Assembly (NCBI GenBank): GCA_000934665.2
Contig: KZ538067.1
Coordinates: 123,482 to 143,481, forward strand
Direction of reading: 5' to 3'
DNA: 20,000 bases
From: Catajapyx aquilonaris
Lineage: Eukaryota
Shown here: positions 10,190 through 19,021 of the stretch, one piece after another
How positions within the stretch are numbered: position 1 is the stretch's first letter
Layout: each line of letters begins with the position of its first letter
Made by a program: the position numbers and the translations under genes
The notes under the pieces: generated by a model
Told to the model about the DNA's origin: nothing
The model's database searches: none
What the model saw: the letters and a program-made list of their open reading frames with translations, nothing else

Positions 10190-10523
10190 CCCTGGGTATG
10201 TTTTTAGATGTCCAAACACAATCTTGAGAAAATCCTTCTTTGCCCTGACTTTCCTGACAAGAAAAGCGAAGCTCTCGGCTGCAAAATTCCGTACATGCTG
10301 TGGTTGTGAGGTGGCCAATAATGGGGAATAAAGGGTATATGTGGAATTCATATCCCTGACCAGATAGCGCCAGAGAGACTTGAACAAAAAGGCCAGGCAT
10401 GTGAAACTCCACTCCAACTGGTCAGCATCTCTTGTGTGCAGAAGGGACGTGATTGATATGAAGAAGGATGGGAAGTATGGGTAGAACTCAGACTGAAGAT
10501 CATTGGACAGGGCAACTACAAGC
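10190..10523 (-). CDS. UTP20: UTP20 coding exon 3 (LVVALSNDLQSEFYPYF...HLKTYPG)
   Basis: Acceptor ttttcag, donor GTGAGT; 334 nt (phase 2 to 0). Conserved DLQ.EFYP.F, LEWSFTCLAFLFK.LWR and HVRNFAAESFAFLVRKV. Confidence 0.95.
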
Positions 10524-10787
10524 CTGAAAAAAGTCAATAAAATATGTCAATAAAATTTTTTTCATACAAAACCATTTTTAAAGCTCTACAAAACACACCC
10601 ACAGAAAGTCCTTCCATGGTTTTTGCTCACCAACCCAACTAAAAGGTCCAGACCTAGCTCAACCATACAATTTTGTAACTGCATGTAATACAAGTGTAAT
10701 AAAGTGAATGAACAATAGGCCTATACATCCCCAGTAACACAAGAACAGTTACCAATTTTTTAATGAATTTGCAGTATTCAATACTAA

Positions 10788-10896
10788 CCCTGTAATGCCC
10801 CTTGGGTCACACCATTTAGTGCCATTTTTATATTTTCTGTAAGTGCCAAATGTCACTAAATGGTGCGCCAGATATGACCCAAGGGGCATTACAGGG
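10788..10896. mobile_element. piggyBac-like MITE (109 bp) with CTAA TSD
   Basis: Perfect 22-bp TIR ccctgtaatgccccttgggtca; CCC...GGG ends; CTAA at 10784-10787 and 10897-10900; inner IR caccatttagtg / cactaaatggtg. Confidence 0.85.
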
Positions 10897-11241
10897 CTAA
10901 GCTAAATGATTGTTCAGGACATAATATAGGTTTATTTCTGGTAGTGCTAGTGTGTTGTGAACATCAAGTGTATGACACTGGACTATATTACATCAGGCAA
11001 ACAAATTATACTTTAGTCATGTTAGTTAATTGAAAAACAAGAGTCAAAACATCACAATGTTCTTTGACTGTTTCAAAGGTTTGTGTCAGGAAGTTGTGTC
11101 ACGTAAGGTTGCTCATGATCCAGTGGATAATCATGCTGGCTTAACACAGGCATGCACATGAAAAGGGCAGGTTATCTACATATAAAAATACAGTGAAACC
11201 TGTGTAGAGCAGAGTCGCTAATCTATGAAAATTTTTAGTAA

Positions 11242-11480
11242 AGGCCGCTTCACAAACTCGGCGTTGCGAAAGCGGGGCGAAATGCCCGTTTTACAAACCC
11301 GGATTTGCGCGAGCGGGGCGTACGGAGAGCGGAAAATTTGCGAAGGGCTATTCACAAATGCTGCGTGCGATGACCGAGCGCGGGCGTTGCGCTGGCGTCC
11401 AATCGGGTGGACTTTCTGCGTGCGATGAGCGTAAGGCCCACACGCCACGCTTTCGCAACGCCGAGTTTGTGAAGCGGCCT
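11242..11480. mobile_element. PIF/Harbinger (Tourist-like) MITE
   Basis: 33-bp perfect TIR aggccgcttcacaaactcggcgttgcgaaagcg; 3-bp TAA TSD (11239-11241, 11481-11483); CpG-rich. Confidence 0.9.
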
Positions 11481-11818
11481 TAAGAAAGTATCAGCTACAA
11501 GAGTTTCTGCTACATCAGACAATAATACATTATGAAAGAGGCTTTAACATGTCTATGAATTTGGCACTTAAACACAGACTGAATATCCATAAGGATAGCC
11601 TCGAAGAAAGGCTTGGCGTCCACCACGATCTCATGACTTGGTACGGCAGAGTGGACAAAGCTTGGCACCCAGACACTATCTCACAGGTTTTTACGGCAGA
11701 CGACTTGGCGCTTTTTTTTACGAGTGCATTTTTGAGGGGGTTAGATATACAAGTTCTCGAGTTATAGGGTTTCAAATTGGGACATTCTTTTTCGATGACC
11801 CATACGAAATCCCCTCTA

Positions 11819-12101
11819 CCTGGGGCGGCATGGTGGTCTAGCGGTTACGCCACTGGCCAGCCAAGCGGGAGGCCGGGGTTCAAATCCCGTCCCTGTCACC
11901 TCTGCTTGGCCGGGTCTTTTCCGCTTTTCACCCGACATGCCGGGGCAGAATTGCACTCCCTACTTTGCCCGGGGCCAGCAGAAAAGGTTTCACAAAGTCA
12001 GAAATGACTAAAAATTTCAGCGCCCTCCCTTGGGAACCTCCCCTTCCCCCTTAACAGGCCACGAGCTCTTATCACGGGGTAAAAAATAATAATAAATAAA
12101 T
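11819..12101 (+). mobile_element. Full-length SINE with tRNA-Gly(GCC)-like head
   Basis: A box TGGTCTAGCGG, B box GGTTCAAATCC; gccagccaagcgggaggccggggttc resembles tRNA-Gly; A-rich tail; 12-bp TSD aaatcccctcta (11807-11818, 12102-12113). Confidence 0.92.
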
Positions 12102-12215
12102 AAATCCCCTCTAGTGGCCGAGATCGAAAATTTTGCAGCAGACAAGTTTCTGCTACATACATGGTCTATTACTGTCAGGTTTCACTGTATAGCCAAATGA
12201 CGTAAAGGTACTAAC

Positions 12216-12502
12216 TCAAGTGTAGGCTGCAGTGACAGAATATCGGCCTGCTTCAAGTGTTCCAAAAGGGTCTGCACCAGGTCATCCTTCCTGAGAAGAA
12301 GTTGTGCCAACGACTGTGCATTAAAGGGATCCAGGGAGTGCCTCAACTGCTCAAAACTCTCAGAGCAGTTTAAGTCCCTCCACTTCTCTAGAGACTCAGA
12401 GAAAAATGTTTTCTGCTCCTCTGGCTGATAACTGGACGCTGGTCCGAGGCGTCGGACGGTGTCTATTCTAATACTGGACAGCCGCTCATTGAAGCTTTGG
12501 AA
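12216..12502 (-). CDS. UTP20: UTP20 coding exon 2 (FQSFNERLSSIRID...LSLQPTLE)
   Basis: Acceptor ttcctctgcag; donor GTTAGT; 287 nt ending in phase 2. Motifs F.ERL..I.ID and FF.E.L.KWRDLN are recognisable UTP20 N-terminus. Confidence 0.92.
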
Positions 12503-12577
12503 CTGCAGAGGAAAGACAACATTTCTAAAGGTTCTAGCAAAAAAACCGGGTGTAACCCGACCCTCCCGAATACTCAC

Positions 12578-12613
12578 GCGGAATGTGTTTTCTGACTTGT
12601 GTCTCTTCGGCAT
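12578..12613 (-). CDS. UTP20: UTP20 coding exon 1 (MPKRHKSENTFR)
   Basis: ATG at 12613 in context CCCACCATG; peptide resembles the UTP20 N-terminus (HK.ENT.RF); donor GTGAGT at 12577-12572; 36 nt, phase 0. Confidence 0.9.
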
Positions 12614-12860
12614 GGTGGGCTGCTGTTCGAAGCCGGTTAGGACGCGAGAATTATCCCGTGAGGATCACAGCACACGTGGTTACATACTGCTAACATGGCC
12701 GACGTGAAAAGAGCGTTCCGATGCCTGTGCAACGATCTGTTCAAAAACAAATGACGCACGCCTTATCAAGGACGCTCGCTGCTACTGCCAACTGGCGGAG
12801 CATCTTAAACTAAAGCCTACCAAGAAGTAAAAGCAAATATTATATACGCGCGTTTATAGT
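12614..12860 (-). promoter_or_regulatory. UTP20 5' UTR / proximal promoter, CpG-rich, with E-box CACGTG at 12673-12678
   Basis: Locally CpG-rich relative to the introns; palindromic E-box 60 nt upstream of the ATG. The TSS itself cannot be located from sequence. Confidence 0.6.
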
Positions 12861-12975
12861 ATTTGGTAAAAGTAAGAAGGAACCAAGAAGGAACTCATTA
12901 ACTCAACATGATGGCACAATACCTACTCCTGTACTCAGACGCAATGTTAATCAGGCCTTTTTTTGAACCATAGTA

Positions 12976-13146
12976 CAGTGAAACCTGCTCACACCATTCT
13001 GAAACTACTTTAATGGAACAAGTTTCAATTGCATGGACAAAAATATATTGCAGTTGTCCGTCAGGACCGTGGTCAGGACCTAATTCAATAGCTGTCATGG
13101 GAAAGTGACCGCGTTGCCCAAGTACCATTATAGACAGGTTTCACTT
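12976..13146. mobile_element. Short MITE of the CAGTGAAACCTG type upstream of UTP20
   Basis: TA-cagtgaaacctg...caggtttcact; right terminus and TSD damaged. Confidence 0.75.
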
Positions 13147-13329
13147 TGAAATTTCGTAACCGTACTCAATGCACTCTCACTGCCAAACATTTCCAAGGTG
13201 GTATGCTGGTGGATAGTAGGCTACATATACACTACGGTACTACCTGGTACTACAAGAAGTATCATAATCCCTTTGAACTGCAGATATGGGCAGTGAAATA
13301 TTTATAAGGCATATAATATTTTTTAAATT

Positions 13330-13675
13330 GGGGAGGTGTGGTGGCCGTGATGGTAACGTCACGGCTTGCTGAGTGAAAGGCCCCAGGTTCGATCCCCGCC
13401 TGGGGAACTTTCCTTTCACCTGCGTCAGGAGGGTCTCTGACCTGCACCAAGGAGGTGTCTGGCAACCTAACCTCCTGGGGAACAGCACATGACCCCTGTA
13501 CCGACCTTGCACTTGCACCAACGTTCCCTCCCCAAAAAATCCCTATCCCTACCCTACATCCTTGACTCCTTGCACCAGTGATGAAGTTAAAAGGAAAATT
13601 GGAGAGTAATGGTGGTATTCCACCCCCCTAAAAAGGCTAAGTCTTATCACGGGGTAACGTAAAAAAACACAAAAA
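13330..13675 (+). mobile_element. tRNA-derived SINE (second family)
   Basis: A box TGGCCGTGATGG, B box GGTTCGATCCC, 3' tail tcttatcacggggtaa followed by an A-rich end; possible ttaaatt TSD. Confidence 0.85.
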
Positions 13676-13770
13676 TTAAATTAAATTTAAAAATTTTGCT
13701 AGCTTATGCTTCAAAAGGCCAGGCATTGAGTATGTTCAATGTTTTAATAGGCAGGGGCCAAAGCAACTAA

Positions 13771-13919
13771 GATTATCTGGCTATCAGAACCTACATAGGG
13801 GGGACAGCTGGAGATAGGCATTCCCAGCTTTGATGACCCTGCCAGTAGATGAAGCTGCCGCTGATCTAGCTCTCGGGGTTGTTGAAGAATACAAACCTCA
13901 TCACCACGGCAAGCTGGAG
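13771..13919 (-). mobile_element. RTE-clade LINE 5'-region-like fragment
   Basis: Minus strand ctccagcttgccgtggtgatgaggtttgta...cccgagagcta...ctactggcagggtc...gccagataa resembles the 5' motif of RTE elements (BovB/Expander) as I recall it. Confidence 0.55.
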
Positions 13920-14383
13920 ATACCATCAGCAGGGCCAAGCTGTGGTAAACCTAGGCAAATCCTGTCATATGACAGCTGCATTGCTACCAATGCTACTCTA
14001 CTAGTGACATGTATCATACCATTCAACACAGATTCTATATTGTAAAAAGTCCCATAGGTAGCACAGTATTATGTCCACAGACAGCATAAGGATTACACCT
14101 TATGGCTTGAACTTTCCAATGCCACGTTATAGAGCAAGTTAGTGACCATGTCTACCTGACCTTCACATATGGGCATGCTGTACCAACATAACCCATGACC
14201 TAACCCTCCTTCCTTGCGGATACACATGAGGAAGAGATACCAACGCGGAGAAGGAAAGTGAGACCCACCTTATGTTACCTATTGTCTTTTTGCCAGTAAT
14301 CAGAAACTCACAGTTTGGCCACCCCTATATCCTGAAAAGTAGCTACATGCTGAATCAAAAGGACCTTTAAAATACAATAATTT

Positions 14384-14389
14384 TTTATT
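14384..14389 (-). terminator. Candidate poly(A) signal AATAAA for the MGAT4-like gene (3' UTR about 1.5 kb)
   Basis: tttatt on + at the end of an AT-rich, largely repeat-poor stretch below the stop codon, followed by U-rich sequence on the minus strand. Confidence 0.5.
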
Positions 14390-15920
14390 ATATTCATAAG
14401 CTTAACTCGAGCTTCAGAAAAACATCATTCTTGAAAAATACAACTGCTTCCAAGAAATTATCACAGTTTACAAAAGAACCAACATACGTTAACAGGCATT
14501 CCATGATCTTATTTTAAATATTCTAAGGTGCTCAACAGCAACCTTGAAGTACATAGATCTTTTAATTACCATTTACCCATTCACACAAATACCCATCAAA
14601 ATTCACTCTCTCACATTTGTAAGTGATCATAATTGCACATGCAAATAAATAATATTAACAACAATGACACTAAGATATACCTGAGTGTCTAAAAATTAAT
14701 AAGATGTAACAAGTCTAAATTCTGAAGTACATAAATAAACCAATAATTATAATAACCAATAATTAAGTTTCCATTCACCCTTACACATTTGCTGTCAACA
14801 CATACCATACATGCAAAAAATTCTCTATGTGGTTTTACTCCCATATTGTTTGAACTGCCCATCGCAAAATCTGCATATTGAATACATCGTAGAAACTTTT
14901 AGCACTCCCAATTACTCCAAAGCAGCAGGTAAATAACACGAAGACAAAGGTGACTAGCCAGTAAAACCGAGGTAATACTAACACAAAACAGGGGAGGGGA
15001 TGGAAAATATTGTGCATAAATGCTAATGTCCACATGATCACAATTATGTGCAACAGACATGTATGCTTTGGAATTCCCCTCCAGTTATGTGGGAGTAAAA
15101 AATGTACATCTGGTTGACGGCTGAGATAATTATGCTTAAATTGGTCACAACCTTGATTTTCAGCATGTGCTTTCGGATGCATCCCAAAAAGTTTGGAGCC
15201 AAGATTTGTACAATTTGCACACTTATTTGCACCTTCCATGGCAAGCTAATCAATCAAGCCATTTCAAAAATCACAAGTTGGCTGTAAAAATCTGGCAAAA
15301 AAAATATTGATTTTGAGAGTGCAGTCTGTTTTTCTGAGAAGTGAAAGGTAAGCCCAGTGAGAAGTCAAAAGGTAACAAATAGTACTGTACACTTCATTGG
15401 GTTAATCAAGCTTGGAGACAGCCAGCGTGCCGGCAGCACATTGGCAAACCATGCCTTTCCCCAAGTGAAAAAATAGGCCTGCATTTGCAGAACAGGTCTT
15501 TTCATTCTGCCTTTTGCAAAAAAACAACAAATTTCTTTTCTATAGTTAAGTTACAACTGAAGCCAATGGTATGATTCAATCCATCCTCTCCTAAGCATCC
15601 TTCCTGCAATGATGATTGGTTGCTTTCCTTCAACACAAAACATTTGTAACTAAAATCTGGACCCCTTCTCGCATCTTTGGGTGCATCCCCAAAATATTTT
15701 CACTCCCAGAAGCACAATATGTTGAATAGACAAAACAAAAGTGGGCTATTGCACTGGTAAATTTACTCGAAAATAAATCACATAAAAAGTGACATGCCCA
15801 GTGAGTGACGCTGTGCTTAAAGTTAAACATTCTCATGCTGAGCAAAGTATGCAGGACGCAGATCGGATTTATCTTGCTAGGCAGTTCTTTGGCAGAAGGT
15901 GATCACGTTTTCCACCGATG

Positions 15921-15950
15921 TCATCTACTGTCTGCTTTCTCAATGTAAAT
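15921..15950 (-). CDS. MGAT4: MGAT4-like terminal coding exon IYIEKADSR*
   Basis: Acceptor tttcctgtag then ATT TAC ATT GAG AAA GCA GAC AGT AGA TGA; completes WVILSE-I.I.KAD, as at the MGAT4B C-terminus. Confidence 0.85.
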   Translation of the reverse strand: MYIEKADSR

Positions 15951-16313
15951 CTACAGGAAAGGTCAAACAAAAATGGAGAAAATTATTCATTAGTGATAGT
16001 CAAGAAACTCCAAAAAAACTTGTAATTATTGCAACTAATTCAAATGTGCTACACCAAAAGAAAATTCCTAACAAACATCCTGGCATTATACAGGGTGGCC
16101 ATCACGTTCTATTCCATAAGACAAGACTAAACGAGTATAGGTGCAATAAGTTGCTTCAAATGTTGTTAAATTAAGTCTGTCAAGCCTTTGATACATTCTA
16201 AATTCATTGCCTCATTGCCTAGGGAGCAAGATATGAGCAGGATAATCATGACTGATGTAATTTTGCCAGGTAGCCTTTTTTGCAGTACCGGTAGTGATAT
16301 ATATTCTGATCCC

Positions 16314-16406
16314 TTTTCCGTGGTTTCCCAGTCCCCCCAGGGGAATTCCGGGATTGGTTCCTAAATAATAGGCCACAGCCGCTTCCTTCCATCCCTATCC
16401 TATCCC
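16314..16406 (+). mobile_element. Headless SINE fragment related to the element at 4731-4949
   Basis: ttttccgtggtttccc...aataggccacagccgcttccttccatccctatcc aligns by eye to the reverse complement of about 4768-4860. Confidence 0.75.
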
Positions 16407-17164
16407 AAAAAGTGAAGTAAATATGAAAAAGCAAAGAGTTCCAGTCAAAACAAAATTGGGATGAACTCCACCCCTAAAGAGTCACTGATAACAGGGTATG
16501 GATTATTATTATTCACATCCTGATCCCTGAGCAACTATTGTAAGATGAGCAAATCCATCTGCCACAGAATCTTCCTACAAAAAGGTGTCTCTCTCGGGGT
16601 AAGCCAATGTGTTTGGTTGCCTATCTCGTTACCAGTTGGTCCCTCAACATTTTAACAAATACATTTTCAACTTGTTTGGGCCAAAGAGTATGCTGCCATC
16701 TCGATGGCATATTAGTACGAAACACCCTGTATAAAGGTGATGCCACTATTTTACATCCAGTCTGTAGTTTCAGGAAGCCTGTCCTATGCAACCCAAGTGT
16801 CATACCTTCTAATTGTACGAGTCTTTTGGATGGACTGTTTAAAATCAATAAAAATATATGTAATTAGTACGAGTATATCTTTCTTTGAGGTTTGACTTTC
16901 TGAAGTTCACCATAACATTTAAGCAGCTCTTCATGTGATTCAGTTTTCATGGGAATTTAAGTAAGTTAGCCCACCAACATTCACACAAAAATGTACTGTC
17001 CATGAGAAATAATATTATATGGAAATCGTATGCCTAATTTCCATGGTGTCATCCACCATTTGAAGAACATGGTACAAAAAATCCACCCACATCCAACAAT
17101 CAGAAACTTCACTAATTCCTTCCTGAACATAATACATGCTGAGATCAATCTTAGGTATACTGAC

Positions 17165-17611
17165 CTCACTGAGGATAACCCAGTGCTCTGTCTCTCCTCG
17201 GACATGAAGCCTGATGCCCTTGATTGGCCCGAGGGTGGGGCTAACATACCCCTCTGCTACTCCCAGCTCATCAAACTCTCCTGCTATGATGTACCCATCA
17301 GAGGTTACATTATATGCATGCTTGTAGCTGTCCAGAGATGCATCAGGAAGCATTTCCACAGTGGTATCATATAAGCGGTCAGAGGGATGTTCCACATTCC
17401 CGCTTCTGAACAGATAGCGCTTAAGAGCCACTGGGGGAGTGAAGAAAAAAGACATGTGGTCATCCTTCTGGGGGAGCAACCCCCAGAAGAAAGTCTCTCC
17501 TCTGTATGCCCGGGCCAGTGAATATGACTTGTATGCCTTTATGGCTGTCTCCACCTGTGCCGTTGGATTCTTGTGAGAGAAGAACAATGGCACCTTACCA
17601 AACTGCTTATC
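17165..17611 (-). CDS. MGAT4: MGAT4A/B-like alpha-1,3-mannosyl-glycoprotein 4-beta-GlcNAc-transferase, penultimate coding exon (C-terminal lectin domain)
   Basis: DKQFGK...H.NP.A.V.T, AY.GETFFWGL.P, YLFRSGN.EHPSD.L..TTVE and WVILSE match the GnT-IV C-terminus; acceptor catttgcag, donor GTCAGT; 447 nt, phase 0/0. Confidence 0.93.
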
Positions 17612-17958
17612 CTGCAAATGAATATTAGAAACAAGGTTGTAATGTGGAAAAATGGCATCAGCAGAATAAACAACACATGCTGACAAATATGCTCATTCAA
17701 ATTATTGTTTTACCCAATCACTTCCCATTCCTTCCAGCCCAAGGTAGAAGCATAAAGATGTGGATGGTAGAACAGAGCTCGTACTCTGCCTGGGGGCTCC
17801 TTGCATGACTTTTGGCCCTCACCAACAGCACCAGGGTAGGCCTACTAGTCTAGGACGTGTCAAGAATACTGAACGTTGATAGCGTAATGGTGACACTGGC
17901 AGCTCCTCTACTAGCAGGAGGGGTCCTACCATCCACATCTTTGTGCTCACAACTGTAC

Positions 17959-18085
17959 CTCCACCTTGATATGGGGGTGGGGCTTGACAATCCCAAGAGC
18001 TGTGCTGGCAACAGATTAGCTACAGGCAGGTCATACAAAGCCAGACAGGTCCTTCATGTGGTAAGAGCAAGACAAAGAACAATAC
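17959..18085 (+). mobile_element. RTE-clade LINE 5'-region-like fragment (second, diverged copy)
   Basis: ctccaccttgatatgggggtggggcttg...cccaagagctgtgctggc...gctacaggcaggtc...gccagacaggtcc...agacaaaga; same motif order as 13771-13919. Confidence 0.55.
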
Positions 18086-18470
18086 CCCCTTCCCTTATGC
18101 CCTATACACTAACAGTGTATTGGCCTTAGTTGCCTTAGCTTCTTCCACAAGAGCAAACCAAACTAAACCATGCTTTCCATCACATGCTGTTAAATTATTA
18201 TCAATGCACATTACATCAATTTCTAATTACTTGCAGTAACATTTGTTACAAATTCCAGTTTTGATTCATGAACTAGTCTGCAATGCCATGACACATGTAA
18301 ATATGATAATAGGTAATGGTATATTCATTTACTGGACAGTGTAGTGTACAGGGGCAGTGCAGTGACATCACAGTGTAGTTTAATAACATAACAGTGAAAG
18401 CTAATGTAAAGACATCCTACACCAGCCTTGCATGCTCAGAGAGCTGCAGTGGTGTAACCACAGAGCTTAA

Positions 18471-19021
18471 CCCTCCGGCCGCTGGTGCTGCATTTTACGG
18501 CAAATCCCTTTGAATTATTTTTGCAAAAAATCTATAAATCATAAGTAAATGCGGTATTCGGCATATTCACAAGCAACAAAAGCAGAATTCACCACAAAAA
18601 TCACATGCTCAAGTGCTTTGTCGGAATGTTCCGTATGACGTCATCTTCCGGCAGCCATATTGGAAAAGTTACATGCGTAATGAGAGAGATTGTATGAAGT
18701 CTAGCTCAATTTCGGGGAATTTAGTAATTAATTTGATCGGGTTCTAAGCAATATTTTGCATGGAATAGTTTTTTGATCCTGTATACTTCACCGCTATGTT
18801 TTTTTCTGACCCCCAAGTAGATGCATAGATAATAGTTATTGCTGTTATGCTATGCACAGCCTATGCATGGTGGGACAAGCACAGTAGAGTTGCTGGGAGC
18901 AGCCACTCAATGCGGTTCGATACGCAGCATGGGGCTAACACATCGCTTTGGTGAGATATAGAATTAAGTCATGCCGGGATGCTTCATGAGTCATATAGGG
19001 GGAGGACCAGTGGATAGAGAG
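18471..19021. mobile_element. Degenerate piggyBac-like non-autonomous element
   Basis: TTAA at 18467-18470 and 19022-19025; termini ccctccggccgctggt versus reverse complement ctctctatccactggt (11/16). Confidence 0.6.

Larger units (their letters stand above)
11191..12187. mobile_element. pogo/Tigger-type MITE (CAGTGAAACCTG) carrying two nested insertions
   Basis: TA-cagtgaaacctg...caggtttcactg-TA; agtttctgctac repeat near both ends. Confidence 0.85.

Noticed and set aside
11822..11899. Genuine tRNA genes at the SINE heads (also 4875-4945 and 13330-13406)
   Set aside because: Acceptor and anticodon stems pair poorly, and each runs into a SINE body; the 11819 copy also has a clear tail and TSD.
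13560..13610. Hammerhead ribozyme or C/D box (gtgatga...gaaa) in the SINE
   Set aside because: The core is GUGAUGA rather than CUGAUGA, with no stem II and no matching D box.
16091..16729. Single Tc1/mariner element TA-cagggtg...caccctg-TA
   Set aside because: Only 7 bp of terminal match; more likely ends of separate decayed elements.
17015..17686. 223-aa single-exon ORF as a complete gene
   Set aside because: Only 17165-17611 is homologous to MGAT4 and bounded by splice sites; the flanks are intronic read-through.
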